A stretch of DNA of 64,000 bases from the human T2T-CHM13v2.0 reference genome, Homo sapiens. Shown here piece by piece: positions 43,600 to 61,090 of the stretch. The number at the start of each line of letters is the position of its first letter. The stretch's first letter is position 1. The stretch lies in the NCBI RefSeq assembly GCF_009914755.1, contig NC_060936.1; one strand, written 5' to 3'. The notes under the pieces are model-generated. The model ran no database searches and was not told where the DNA came from. It saw only the letters and a list, made by a program, of their open reading frames with translations. The position numbers and the translations under genes are program-made.

Positions 43600-44600
43600 C
43601 CACCCACATCAAGTCAGCCACTCATAATTAACTTCCTTAATCAAAGGTAACCCTTCTTTTTTGATTAATCATCTTTTTATAGTACACTTAAGAGGAAAAA
43701 GAACCAAATGAAAATATTAAGTTGGAGGCAACACAAACTAATTTGATAATATTGCCATTACAACTGAGTAAAGAAATACATGGAGCTCCCCTTGAAATAC
43801 TTTTCCTGTCAAAATTTATGTCTTTTCTAAAGGGTGTGAGCAAGGGGGTGTTTTTCTTCATACACACTATGTGAATGTAATGAGTAAATGTTAGCTTTGT
43901 GTCTTTTTTTGGCCCATTAAGAATTATGCACCATGGCAATCTACAAACAAGAGACTGACCAGGTAGGCAGTGCCAAAATAAGTTTAATGAATCACAGAAA
44001 AATGGCAAATTATTTACAAAACATAATTTGGGAGCTGAAGTTGCTATATCACACTTTATGAGAGTACAATCACTCCCTAAGAAATGGCCAGTTCAACCGC
44101 ATCAGCTGCTATCTCTGATGACTGGGAGCCATGGATTCACCATTTGCAACAAAGCACTCCAATATTTTCCAGGAGCAAAAGCACTTTTCACTGGCCGCTC
44201 CAGAGTAGCTCATTGAAGTAGGAGCCAAGCATGTAAATGACCTCCTGAAAGAACTGGCAGCCTTGAAGAACACTGAGCCCCAAAGCGCATGTTGTTTGCT
44301 AGGTGTTCCTCCAGCAGAAGCCTGAGGAGGGGAGGCCAGCAAGCAGGGAGGCAGGCAGGCCGGCAGGCAGGCGGAGGTGGGCGGCTGTCTGCGGCAGAGG
44401 GTGAAATGTTTATACAGAGCAAGTTAAAAGGTGGACAAGAGACAAATAGCAGTGTGGGGCTGCTCTAAAAGTGAATTTGGGAGGTACCTACTCTAGTCCC
44501 AAGAGAAAAAGACGGATGCTAAAGCCAGCATCATTTCAACCTAAAAGCACATCTCCCATGTGGGGTTAAAGTCTTCGCTTCTTCGCAGAGGTAGGCACAG
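43600..44600. promoter_or_regulatory. Candidate enhancer/promoter in repeat-free DNA
   Basis: About 10 CpG in 44090-44590 against a CpG-poor background. GC box GGGCGG 44379-44384, (GGCA)n, GCGCATG 44285-44291, forkhead-like TGTTTGC and TGTTTAT, TATAAA on the minus strand at 44409-44414. TAAT cluster and TCF/LEF-type ATCAAAG at 43640-43646. Confidence 0.35.
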
Positions 44601-45544
44601 GCTCTCCTGCCCCAGATTCCCCTGGGCACAAGGAGTGCAGAAAGTTTTCCTTGGTAGCTAAGTTGTTTTTATGTGAAACCATTTTGGCCAAGGTGGGGAT
44701 TTTTCACTTGGGTGTCAGTGGTGCCCTTCTGATGTTTATAAAACGTAGCAAATGTACAATTTGAACAGTTATTTTAGGTAAAAATGTCAATTTCTTCATG
44801 GAGTCGGGCACTCTCAGCTCTGTGTTTGAGACAAATTCTTAGATTTTCCAGTGTTGTGAAAACTTTCACCTTGCTTCACATGGTTCTCAAGTTGAATTAT
44901 GATCCTGACATCCCCCTGCTCTCTGAGGTGCACTGATGGAAGTCAATTAAAAATAACTAGGAGAAGAAAATATTATTTTCTAGCTCATAGGGAGGAGGAG
45001 GGGAGATAACACGGATCCTTCCAAGATGGAATTTCAGCTGGCAAATGACCTTATTCACTTCTTTCCTTCCTACACTTCCCCATGTCTAAATGACCCATGA
45101 AACTTGGTCGCCTTGCTAGGAATACCACATTGGGACTCACTGCCTCAACACCCTGTTTGTGCCTTAAACCTGAGCTTCAAAGCTCTCTACACCTCAGTCT
45201 CTACCTACCAATATGCTTTTACAACCACTAAAATACCTAGATGAATGTGATATACAGAAATCTTTGTCTGAATCATTTCCATTGTTCTTTTTGTTTTGTG
45301 ACTTTTCATTCTACTCTAAAAGCCTTAAGTGGTCTCCTGATCTAAATTCCTCTTGTTTTTCCTTTCACTTACTTTCAAAGCTGTTTGGAGTCATCCTTAT
45401 TCAATTGCTTTACTTTCCTGAAACTTGATATATTTCAGCACATAGCTCTGCAACATCCATGCTATCAAGGCTAGAGGTGTCAATTGAATTCAAAAATTAC
45501 CAAGGGAAACGTTTCATGATATGATACAGAGCTCCTCATGCTTA

Positions 45545-45982
<438 letters not shown>

Positions 45983-46224
45983 CTATATATTTTGAGAATG
46001 ATAAGGGTTTTTCATTAGCCTTCTTTTTTACATGAAACAATTCCTTTATCCTTGAGCTACACAATTTATTTCTTGCTTCAAACTTTATCTCATCTTTTTT
46101 AGATAATCCAGGCAGATGTTAAATATATAATTTTACAGTCATATACATTTTTATATTCTCTTGATGTCTTGCCCATCATTTTTCTTTTTCAAAGAGGCTC
46201 TTGACAGCCATTACTACCATTGAC

Positions 46225-46420
46225 TGATTACCTTTGCTGCATTTTATAGTTATCAGTTCATTTACTCCTTACAACAGTCTCAGGAGATATACATTAATAT
46301 CTCCATCTTATGGATTTGGAAACAAATTCAGAAACGTCAAATACTTACCCAAGATCCACGGCTCATATGTAGTGACATGGGATTCACATTCTGATCTGCC
46401 CTACTTCGGTCTCTGCTTTT
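46225..46420 (-). mobile_element. MIR fragment
   Basis: CATTTACTCCTTACAACAG...CTCCATCTTATGGATTTGGAAAC...ACTTACCCAAGATCCAC. Confidence 0.65.
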
Positions 46421-47622
46421 GTATACAGCGAGTCATGACTGATACATTTCTGAACAAGAACTCGTCTACTGCAGATGCAGGCTGAACTGTTACCCTCTGT
46501 ACTTTCCCCATACACTCAGGCGAGCCCAACTCTAATCTGTCACTGATTGTATAGGTTTCAGTTTGTGATGAGTTACTCTGCTGTATTTTTCCCTTTTCCT
46601 CCTAGGATCTTCTGTCTACGATTGTCCACTTCAACAAAAAGATTTCTTATCCTGTTCTCTCAACTAAGCAGAGGTAAAAGAATCAAATACAAGCTATGTT
46701 TCAAAGCCATTTTAAGTTCTTACATATTGAAATTCCAAAGTAATATATGAATGTATGCTCTTTTTACAAGTTTCAAATAATATCGAGGTATTAGGAGGAA
46801 AACATACAAATCTGTCTTCACCAACTTGGGTATCATTTTCCTCTGCACTTAAATTATTTGTGGAAACAAGTAGGGAATATACACACAAACAACAAATACT
46901 CCATTTAAACTTTCCAACCAAAACTAACCACGAAAGAATTTAGGGGGCTCCAGAGCTATTTCATTAACCTATTACACAAAAACCAGGAAATCTTTGACCA
47001 CTTGCTGGGCTTCGTTAGTTATGTTTTTTGTTTGTTTGATTTTAAAATCTGTTTTTGCTGCTTTTTCTTGGGAGGCCTCAGAGATACATCCTTCTTCTGT
47101 CTCATCCCTTGGTTATCTTTCTGATCCTTTCCCACCACAGCTTATCATTGGAGATCAGATCACCAGTGTCTCAGTTGGACGCTGGGGTTGGATGCCTTCC
47201 ACACAACAGTAGGCAAGCTCATGAGACGACATCCTCCAGATTTCAAACAGAATGAAAATAGGCTGTATTAGAAAATTATCATCTGCCTTCATCTTCACCT
47301 TTGCTTTGTACCTTCTTGTTTCTCTTTTTATTTTAAGCCCTCCTCGATAGACGCTGTCCATCATTCACACACTTGCTTGAATTTTATTGGACTGCTCTCA
47401 TTTCTCTTGTCATGTGACCTTCGCCCCTGCCTTTCTTTACAACCACAGAGTCTAAGTTTTAATATGAGACCCACAGTCAGTGGCATCTACTAGTGATGAT
47501 TTCCCCAATTGTCTCCTCAAAACACTAGAGTGTTTTTATCTTTGGAGAGAATGAAACCAGTTGTTCACTTTACACTATAAACAGCATTAAGAATTTGTGG
47601 CTAAAATCTATATATGCATATA

Positions 47623-48610
<988 letters not shown>

Positions 48611-49963
48611 ACAAAGGACCATTTAGAAACTCTGCTCGACATTGTATAAGGAAATCTTCCTATTATTGACTAGATCTCACAACACTTGCTTCTTACAATG
48701 GCTTTATCTAAAAGGTGCAGATTGTATAATGCTGCAGTGATTCTAGTTGGGGATTTTGTATTCAATCCAAAAGGATCTTATTTATTCTAAAATTGTTTCC
48801 TAACCTTCTGTCTTTTTAGGTTCCTTAATTCAATGAACTAAAGTAAACTTTTATCAACCCTTTTTAAAGAAAATACAGTTGTAAGAAAAGACCATACACT
48901 CTGATTTTGATTTGTCAGTTCTGCTTTAGAATTTTCATTTCTCAGATTAGTCCTTTCCATTTTCCATATTCTTCATCTGTTTCATTAAAATTTGTAAAAT
49001 ATTCTGACATTGTCATACTTTTTGCTTTTCAATCTTTTTTATCTATAAGGGCTTTCTCATGATTTATACTCTCACAAAGAGACATTTTTTGTTTTAGTTT
49101 TCTCCATATTCATAGGTTATACTAATTTGGTAAGTTTTGTTCCTGTCTTATGTATCAAAAAATATTTATTATCTTTCAAAACATATATTCTCTTGTGCCA
49201 TTAAAAAATATTCAGCTTCTTTAAAATCTTTTTGATACTTAGGCTTTCTTTTCATAAATGCTTCCATTTTCTGGTTTTATTGTTCTTGGTTCTTTCTTCA
49301 TAATCATTATTTTGTCTTGCTTTAAAATACTATTTCTTCCATCTTTATAGCCTATCTTATTTCTCCCTGCCTGTTGAATGTCATGTAACCGCAGTGTCAT
49401 AGAATGACAAATAACCAATGACAAATAACCAATGACTTATGCATATCTATCTATCTCTGACATGTTCCAAGATATACACATGTATTTGTCACGCTCAAAG
49501 ACTCTTTCACTGAGATAAATATTTGGAATGTTATTTAAAATGTTTATAAATATTTCTTAATTGTCTATACTTATAACACTACTTCCCTGTAAAGTACAAC
49601 TTATTGTTTGGTTGCTTATCAGTTTTATAAAAATAGCATAAATATATTAATATAAAGCTCAACCAATGACAGAACCTCCCTGCCTGGGAGCTTAGAAACT
49701 CTGTGTCCTGTTATCAACTTAGTGTTAATAATAAGAAGGTAAATTGTTAATGTAATTAACTGATTAAAGAGTTCTATCATAGTATTAGACTAATAGAGTT
49801 TATTTTGCTACTTTGGGATAAGCTATTTTAATATTTAATTTAATAGCCACTTCATAATCTGAATAAAATACTGAGACTGAACAATTGGGTTGTATTATTA
49901 GTTAATGGCCAGTCCATTTGCAGGAAGTATGTTTCGATTTCTCCATCAATACATATCCTCCTA

Positions 49964-50022
49964 CTATATCTATATCTATATCTATATCTATATCTATATC
50001 TATAGATAGGTAGATATTATGT

Positions 50023-50048
<26 letters not shown>
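49964..50048 (+). repeat. (CTATAT)n followed by (TG)13
   Basis: Read directly: 49964-50004 and 50023-50048. Confidence 0.95.
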
Positions 50049-50053
<5 letters not shown>

Positions 50054-52172
50054 ACGTGGGTGTGGGTGCTTTAATTTGGAAGTGCCTGAGAATGACATAT
50101 GGAGACCAGCTACAGAGCAGTAGCCCTAATGACTGGAAATGTTCCTTGGAGATGGTGCCCAGTTTGAGGTCAGTGGATAGGGGGTCAGAGAGGCAGGACT
50201 CCCCAGGGTGCTGCTCATCTTTTATCATCTTCATCCATCAAGGCTGCTGTGTCACATATAACATTTTCCATTCGTTTTTGCCCCTGTGTTCTGGTACTGC
50301 TCAACAGCAGCAACCTGTTGATTCTGGACTGCTAAGTACTCCTGGCTGGCATAGGAGGCTGCAGGGTGACTTAACTGTGGTAGACAGACAGAATTGTTTC
50401 CAATGTACACCTAAGGAGGCCCTCAGCAAAGCAAACATTGATTTTGGAGGGGCATTTTTTTTTTCTCTATTAGCTTGCTGCCAGAAGCCTCTAAATAGGA
50501 TCCCTATTTTTTTTCCTGTTAATGTTAACCCATTTAGAGGCTGAATGATAAAGTTCAAGCCAGTAAGTCCTGCAAGATGTTATAAGACGCTGTCACCTCC
50601 CTAAACAGAATACCTCCTAGTGAGGATTCAGTAGGTGATTGAACATGAACTAAAATCTTGGAGGCATCCTGAGTGCCTGGGTGGCCTCTGGTTTACTGCT
50701 GGTTCACTGGGTTCCTCTTGCCTCAATGGGCCAACTCCCAGTATTATAAATCATATAGATGTGAACTTCTTCCTGAAGTAACTTGTTTGCTTTATTTATT
50801 TGGAAAATTTCGGTAACTGCTCTCTCAACGGCCAGGCTGTTGAATTTGCCATAACTGAGGCTTACTCAAGAATGTTTAGTCTTAACACTGTGTGGTTTCC
50901 TTTAGTGACTCCTGAGCCACATTTTGAAGAGAGACGTGCTGGTACTGAAGTATGGTGAATTCACTTCCAGGTAACCAGGGGCACCTCAGAATACCTTCGG
51001 TTTCGAGACAAAGTGGGTGGCAATGGTGAAGTGGAACCTCTCTCTAAACAATCCAGACCCACATAACCATAAACACGCGCACACCCACATACACCTTGAC
51101 GTTTTGGGGGTTGGATATGCACAAATGAATACAGTTTTAAATGGGAATTTTAGACAGAGTAATTTTTAATATTTTTAATGTAGAGGCAGTCATGTAAATC
51201 TCTCTTCTGAAATAAACTTATTCCACTTCCTCTTGGTGTATTACATGTCATAAAAAGTGTATTTGAATAAAAGAAAATAAGTACTTTAAAATGAATAAAA
51301 TCATTCATTGGTAGCAGTGATGTGAGTTTACATTTGGGGCTCCCAAGCCAAACTGTCAGAAAAGACCACATTATTCTTTGTAATTTGCCAAACAGCCTTC
51401 TGGTGGAGAGCAGAGTAAGATGGAGGGATGGAGGTGGGAGGGAAGAGGGGGCTTTACTCTGTATTAAGAAATGCAGAGGCTACTTCAATAGTGTCTGTAC
51501 CTGTGAGTAGAGAAATGAGGAAAGTTTTGCAAACCTCCTTTAAGTCAGTGAAAAATTTTCTCTACTTTTAAAAAACTAAAGCATTGGTGAAACCAAAGAA
51601 GGAAAATTTAATCTGTTTTTAACTTCATATGGGACATTTTTTAATACTTCTGGGTTTTTGGGCTTTTCTGTGTGTTAAATCGCACCAGAAACAGAAGAAA
51701 GCCAGAACATAATGTTCAAGGAACCTGGTCCTTCACAATCCATGGAGAAGGCGGTTTTTTCCGAGACTGTTGCAAGAACATCCCTTCTGTTCGCTTCTAT
51801 GGTTAAGGCTAAGAGTGCTGAAAGGATTTCTTCCCTGCTGGCGCCCTTCTCCTCATATCCATCCTCAGGCTCTCCAACAACTACAGGTTTTAAAATTTTG
51901 TCATTTATATTATACTCTCAAAACTGAACATCTTTATATATGTGCTTGTATCCCTTCCCTAATTCTTTTAAAATGCACAATGCTGTCCAAAATGCTATAC
52001 TCTAAAACCAAGAGCAAAATATAGAGAGAATTAGAAATGCCAGCTTTATGATTTACCAAGTATTCCTGGGTTCCTTGTGGCAGATTGTATTACAAATGAT
52101 ATTAATTACTTTGAATGTATATAGGGAGAAATGAGGAGGCAGGGCATGGCAGAGGGAAGGAGGATTTTTTAA

Positions 52173-54620
<2,448 letters not shown>

Positions 54621-54937
54621 AAGAATTATGGCTTCTATCCCTCACACCAAAATGACTCAGTTTAGACTGATAGGTGACTACAGGGTAAAGGGTCACTTTC
54701 TGTTGCACAATCCCTTGGATTTCCATGAGTGTATGTTTCTCTAATGTAAGGTTTTCTTTCAGAAACTGGTTGTACTTTCCAAATCTTCCAATGGCTAAGA
54801 GCATTGAAGAGTTATACAGAGCAGAAATTGGTAGGTAAAGAAATAGAATGGACTTGACATAGTGAGAACTGTAACCTGTTTGAAATTATGAAGAAACCTG
54901 TCTCATTGTAGGCAGAGATATCAAATCACCTTTAAAC

Positions 54938-55124
54938 AGTGCTAGGCAAGCTTCATTGTGAAAAAGAATCACCTGGAAAGCTTGTTAAACACATACTCCT
55001 AGGTCCCACCCCTTGGGTTTCTTATTCAGAAGGTTAGGAACTCGACATGAGAATCTGTAGTTCCTACAAGCTCCCAGGTGAAATTGATGCTGCAGGTTCC
55101 TGGACTGCACTCTGAAGAGCACTT
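54938..55124. mobile_element. MER5A
   Basis: CAGTG...GAATCACCTGGAAAGCTTGTTAAA...ACAAGCTCCCAGGTGA...GATGCTGCAGGT...CACTCTGAAGAGCACT. Confidence 0.8.
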
Positions 55125-56367
55125 TTTAAAAACATTGTTTTTGTTCAAGGAAATGGAAGGAGGAGGTGAGAAAATGTGGTGAGTCAATAGTGGGGGTTAG
55201 GTAAGTAGTTGCTTAGGTTAGTAAATCAGGCCCACACCATGGTATAAAGATATGATTGGGGTTCTGAGTTGAGCACAATCTATTTCTGATGCTAGAAGAT
55301 TCTCCAAACCAATTTTTTCTGCAAAGTGAATATACTTGGGGAATACTAGCTGAGCACTGGATTATAAATTTAAACATATTACAACCTTTGTAGGCTCTTC
55401 TGCAGCCTGGGTGTAAACCTTCTCATGGGGTCCAAGCAATCATGGGCACATTGGCTGCAGGATCACATTTGTGCTGGTGTACCACATGGAAGCCAGAAGA
55501 AAAAGCAATGGCAACCTCCAGTTCACTCCTTGCCTTGCATTGTTTTTGGAAGAACTGTTTGCATACAGTGTGCTCAAAAGTTATTTGATAATTTGGGAGT
55601 GGGCGGGGAGACGAAAAACCTGAAAAGAGAGACTCTTTTTTCCCCTGATAATAAGATTAAGGATGGGGGAAGAGATTAAGCTATTCATTAAAATTCAATG
55701 TGATCTCATTTGCACCCTGAGTTTGTGGAGCATAACATACTGGCTTAAAGGGGATCAATATATCATACTGGTTTAAAAGGGACTAATATATCAATCAAAT
55801 GGGGGAGATTGGCCACCCTGGAAGAAGAGAAAAGAGTTGAAGTAGAAACATGGACACAGCATCTTCAGCAGTGTCTGCAGAAGAAAGTGTACATTAATCT
55901 TCAAAAACTGTGTTTGTTTCTTCTGGAAGCTCTGTTTCCCATCATGGGATGAATTCAACAGGTAATTTCAGTTTAATATTATAATACCTGCTATCATGAT
56001 AACCAAGCTAAATCCTCTGACTCAGATTCTATATTCATTAGTAGTTTTGTCAGTCTCCATGAAACACCTGTTGGGATTTTTATGGGATTAAATGACATCT
56101 ATAGATCAATTTGGCAAGAATTCACATCTTAACAACAATGAATCATAACATTCATTAACATAGCATATCCCTCTATTTATTAAATTCTTTTAAAATTTTC
56201 CTCCATAATGCTTTGTAGTTTTCAAAGAATGAACATCTTTTAATCTTTTGCTATATTTCTCCCTAGGTGTTTGATGCATTTTGATGACCTTATAAAACGT
56301 ATTTCTTTTAAATTTCATTTTCCAAGTGACGTTTACTGGTATATAAGTATATGATTTATTTGGGTTA

Positions 56368-56766
56368 TGTAGCACAGAGTCTGATTCCATGTTTTCATGT
56401 TTGACTTCTGACTTCTTATAAACCCCACCTCCCTTTTCCCTTTTGCTCCATATCAGGACAGATTGGTAAGAAAGCCCAAGTGAATGTCCTTTTATGGCAC
56501 ATGTGGGAAATTCAAAGCTGGCAAATCCCCGGCTGTCAATTGGGACTATTTCTACAGTCCCACCCCCTAGCTACTATATAGACCCAACCCACAGAGGCCT
56601 GCCCAGACCTGCTTGTACCCTCCCTCCCTCCCATTTCAGGAGTCCCTTGTGTGAATAACAAGTTTTCTTCCAAATTATTTAGTTATGTGGAGTGCCATTG
56701 GCATCAACATCCTACCTATAGATTGGGAAAGGTAACATTCTGCCTTCTTGGGATAAACATAAAACA
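56368..56766 (+). mobile_element. ERV LTR, MER31-like; subfamily uncertain
   Basis: CAGAGTCTGATTCCATGTTTTCATGTTTGACT...AAGAAAGCCC...GGGAAATTCAAA; TG...CA ends; interrupts the host L1. Confidence 0.55.
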
Positions 56767-57098
56767 AGGTATGTTGGTCTTATATCCAGCAGCTTTCCTA
56801 AATTTACTTACTATCTCTAATAGTTTGAGAATTAATTTGAACTTTCTATGTATAAAATCATATCATTTGTGAATAATTACAATTTTACTAATTATTTTTC
56901 AATCTTTTTCCTTTTTTATTGCTTTATTAAACTAGTTAGGTTCTCAAATTTTGAATAGGATTGGAGGCTGTAGACATCTTGTGTTCTTGCCATTCTCAGG
57001 AGGAGAAAATGGTCAATATTTTACCATGTTATATAGATCATTAACTTTTTTCGTAGATAACCTTTATCACATTAAGAAAATTTCTGGCTATTTCTAGT

Positions 57099-60000
57099 AT
57101 GCCCATGCCTATGTCCTGAATGGTATTGCCTAGATTTTCTTCTAGGGTTTTTATAGTTTTGTGTTTTACATTTAAGTCTTTAAACCACCTTGAGTTAATT
57201 TTTGTATAAGGTATAAGTAAGGGGTCCAGTTTGTGTTTTATGGATATGGCTATCCAGTTTTTCCAGCACCATTTATTAAATAGGGAATCCTTTCCCCATT
57301 GCTTGTTTTTGTCAGGCTTGTCAAAGATCAGATAGTTGTAGATGTGTGGTATTATTTCTGAGTTCTCTATTCTGTTCCATTGGTCTATGTGCCTGTTTTT
57401 GTACAAGTATCATGCTGTTTTGGTTACTGTATCCTAGTTTGAAGTTGGGTAGCATGATGCCTCCAGCTTTGTTCTTTTGCTTAGGATTGTCTTGGCTATA
57501 TGAGCTATTTTTTGGTTCCATATGAATTTTAAAATAGTCGTTTTTTCTAATTCTGTGAAGGATGTCAATGGTAGTTTAATGGAATAGCATTGAATCTATA
57601 AATTGCTTTAGGCAGTATGGCCATTTTCACGATATTGATTCTTCCTATCTGTGAACATGGAATGTTTCCATCTGCTTGTGTTTTCTCTGATTTCCTTGAG
57701 CAGTGGTTGGTAGTTCACCTTGAAGAGGTCCTTCACTTCCCTTGTTAGCTGTATTCCTAGGTATTTTATTCACTTTGTGGCAATTGTGAACAGGAGTTTA
57801 TTCATGTTTTGGCTCTCTGCTTGTCTGTTGTTGGTGCATAGAAATGCTTGTGTTTTCCGCACATTAATTTTGTGTCCTGAGACTCAGCTCAAGTTACTTA
57901 GCAACTTAAGAAGGTTTTGGGCCGGGTCAATGGGGTTTTCTAGATATAGGATCATGTCATCTGCAAACAAAGAATATTTGACTTCCTCTCTTTCCCATTT
58001 GAATACCTTTTATTTCTTTGTCTTGTTTGATTGACCTGGCCTGAACTTCAATACTATGTTGAATAAGAGTGGTGAGAGAGGGCATCTTTGTCTTGTGCCA
58101 GTTTTCAAGGGGACTGCTTCCAGCTTTTGCCCATTCAGTATGATATTGGCTGTGGGTTTTTCATAAATGGCTCTTATTATTTTGAGGTATGTTCCTTTAA
58201 TACCTAGTTTATTGAGACTTTTTAACATGAAGGGATGTTGAATTTTATTGAAGGTTTTTCTCTGAGTCTATTGAGATAATCATGTGGTTTTTGTTTTTAG
58301 TTCTGTTTATGTGATGAATTTTATGTTTATTGATTTGCATACTTTGAACTAGGCTTGCAACCCCAAGGGTGAAGCTGATTTGATCATGGTGAATAAGCTT
58401 TTTGATGTGCTGCTGGATTTATTTTGCCAGTATTTTATTGAGAATTTTTGCATCAAAGTTCATCAGGAATATTGGCCTGAAGTTTTCTTTTTTTTTTTTT
58501 CTGTTGTATCTTTGCCAGGTTTTGGTACCAGAAACTAGGATTGCAACCCCTACTTTTTTTCTGTTTTCCATTTGCTTGGTAAATTTTCCTCCATCCCTTC
58601 ATTTTGAGCCTATGTGTGTCCTTGTATATGATGTCGGCTGGTTCATTTCGCAGGCTTGTTAATGTAGTTGCTTCATAGTGTTGTTGATTTATGTACTTCA
58701 GTGTGTTTCTGTAGTGGTTTGGTAATGGTTTTTACTTTCCATGTTTAGTGCTTCCTTCAGGAGCTCTTGCAAGGTAGGCCTGATGGTGACAAAACACCTC
58801 AGCATTTACTTGTCTGAAGACGATTTTATTTCTCCTTCACTTATGAACCTTAGTTTGGCCAGATATGACATTCTGGGTTGATAATTCTTTTCTTTAAGTA
58901 TGTTAAATATTGGCCCCTAATCTCTTCTGGCCTGTAGAGTTTCTGCTGAGAGGTTTGCTGTTAGTCTGATGGACTTCCTTTTGTAGGTGACCTGGCCTTT
59001 CTCTCTGACTTCTGTTAACATTTTTTCTTCCATTTTAACCTTGGAGAATCTGATGATTATGTGTATTGGGGTTGATCTTCTCATGGAGTATCTTATTGGG
59101 GTTCTCTGGATTTTCTGCATTTGATTGGCCTGTCTTGATAGGTTGGGGAAGTTCTCCTGGATGATATCCTGAAGTATGTTTTCCAACTTGGTTCCATTCT
59201 CCACATCTTTCAGGTACTTCAATCAGTCGTAGGTTCAGTCTTTTTACATAGTCCCATGGTTCTCAAGAGGTTTTGTTTGTTCCTTTTCAGTCTTTTTTTT
59301 TTCTAGTCTTGTCTGCCTGCCTTATTTCAGCAAGATAGTCTTTAAGCTCTTATAGTCTTTCTTCCACTGGTTGATTAGGCTGTTGATACTTGTGTTTGCA
59401 TCATGAAGTTCTCGTGCTGTGTTTTTCAGCTCCATCAGGTTATTTATGTTTCTCTCTCAACTGGTTATTCTAGTTAACAGCTCCTGTAATCTTTTATCAT
59501 GGTTCATAGCTTCTTTGCATCCGGTAAGAACATAATCCTTCAGCTCAGCGAAGTTTGTTATTACCCACTTTCTGAAGACTACTCCTGTCAGTTCATCCAT
59601 CTCAGCTTCAGCACAGTTCTGTGCCCTTGCTGGAGAGGTGTTGTGATCATTGGAGGAGAAGAGGCATTCTGGCTTTTGGAATTTTCAGCATTTTTGCATT
59701 GGTTTTTCCTCATCTTCCTGGATTTATCTACCTTTGATCTTTGAGGCTGTTAACCTTTGGATGGGGTTTTTGTGGGAGGGTCTTTTTTGTTGATGTTGTT
59801 GTTATCATTGCTGTTTGTTTGTTTCTCTTTTAACAGGCCTCTCTTCTGCAAGTCTGCTACAGTTTGCTGGGGGTCCACTCCAGACCCTGTTCTCCTGGGT
59901 ATCACCAGTGGAGGCCACAGATCAGCAAAGATTGCTGCCTGCTCCTTCCTCCTGAAGCATCCTCTTAGAGAGGCACTGACCTGATGCCAGCAGGAATTCT

Positions 60001-61090
60001 CCTGTATGAAGTGTCTGTTGACCCCTGTTCGGAGGTCTCACCCAGTCAGGAGGCACCGGATCAGGTACCTGCTTAAGGAAGCAGTCTGGCTGCCCCTAAG
60101 CGGTGTAGGTGCGCTGGGCGGTGGGGAATCCCTCTCATCCGGATTGCCTGGACTCTTCAGAGCCAGTAGGCAGGAAAGATTAAGTCCCGTTCCCCCAGGT
60201 GCTCTGACCCAGGGAGATGAGAGTTCTGTCTGTAAACCTCTGGCTGCATTTGCTGGAATTCCTGCAGGAAGGCCCTGCCCTGTGAGGAGGTATGGATCCA
60301 GCTTCTACCTAAAGAAGCAGTCTGGCCACAATCTGCCACAGCCACTGTGCTGCACTGTGGGGAATTCCACCCTGTCCAAACCTCACGGTCTCTCTATCAA
60401 CTGGCAGGGAAACACCGCAGACTAGAGCCTCAGTAATGGTGGTCGCCCCTCCTCCCGGGAACTCAGTCATCTTAGGCAGACTCCAGGCTGCTGTGCTGGC
60501 CCGCGGGGATTCCAAGCCAGTGGGTTTTAGCGTGCGGAGTTCCAGGAGACGGGGACCTGCTGAGCGAGGCTGGTTGGCTCCCTGGCTTCAGCCTCATTCC
60601 CAAGAGAGTGGACAGATCTCCTGCCTCACTGGAGTTCCTGGAGCTTCTGTAGTATGCCAAACCTCTTGCAGCTCAGTGCCTGTCTGAGCGGCCGCGGACC
60701 CCAGCAGCTGCCATGGGTCTGCACAGCTTTGTGCTTGGGACCCAAGGCCCCGGTGGTTTGAGAACACAAGGGAATCTCTTGATCCGCAGATTGCAAAAAT
60801 ATGTGGGAAAAGCATAGTTCTCTGGGAGGATAGCACAATCTCTCACCACCTCCCTTGGCTTGGGGAGGGAGGTCCCTTTGCTTACCCCGTGCAGCTCCAG
60901 CTCCGGGGTGAACCGTCATCGCCCCACCCTGCTTTTCCTTGCTGTCCGTGGGCCCCACCAACAGCCTAGTCAGTTCCAATGAGAGAATCTGGGTACCTCA
61001 GTTGGAAATGCAGATTCACCCACCGTTTACGTTTGTCTCAGTGGGAGGTGCAGATAGGAGCTGTATCTACTCGGCCATTTTGGCCCCTCC
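57099..61090 (-). mobile_element. L1PA7/8-like element: 5'UTR, ORF1 remnant, ORF2 with two internal deletions, 3' end missing
   Basis: 5' start GGAGGGGCCAAAATGGCCGAG (61090). CpG-rich 5'UTR. ORF1p ENGTKLENILQDIIQENFPNL (58917-59222). ORF2p pieces at 57041-58228. Confidence 0.93.
60400..61090 (-). promoter_or_regulatory. L1 5'UTR internal promoter with YY1-type motif
   Basis: CAAAATGGCCG on the minus strand at 61072-61082. Many retained CpGs, e.g. GAGCGGCCGCGG near 60686. Confidence 0.6.

Noticed and set aside
59940-60979. GC-rich ORFs and CpG-island-like sequence as a host gene promoter
   Set aside because: Fully explained by the L1PA 5'UTR.
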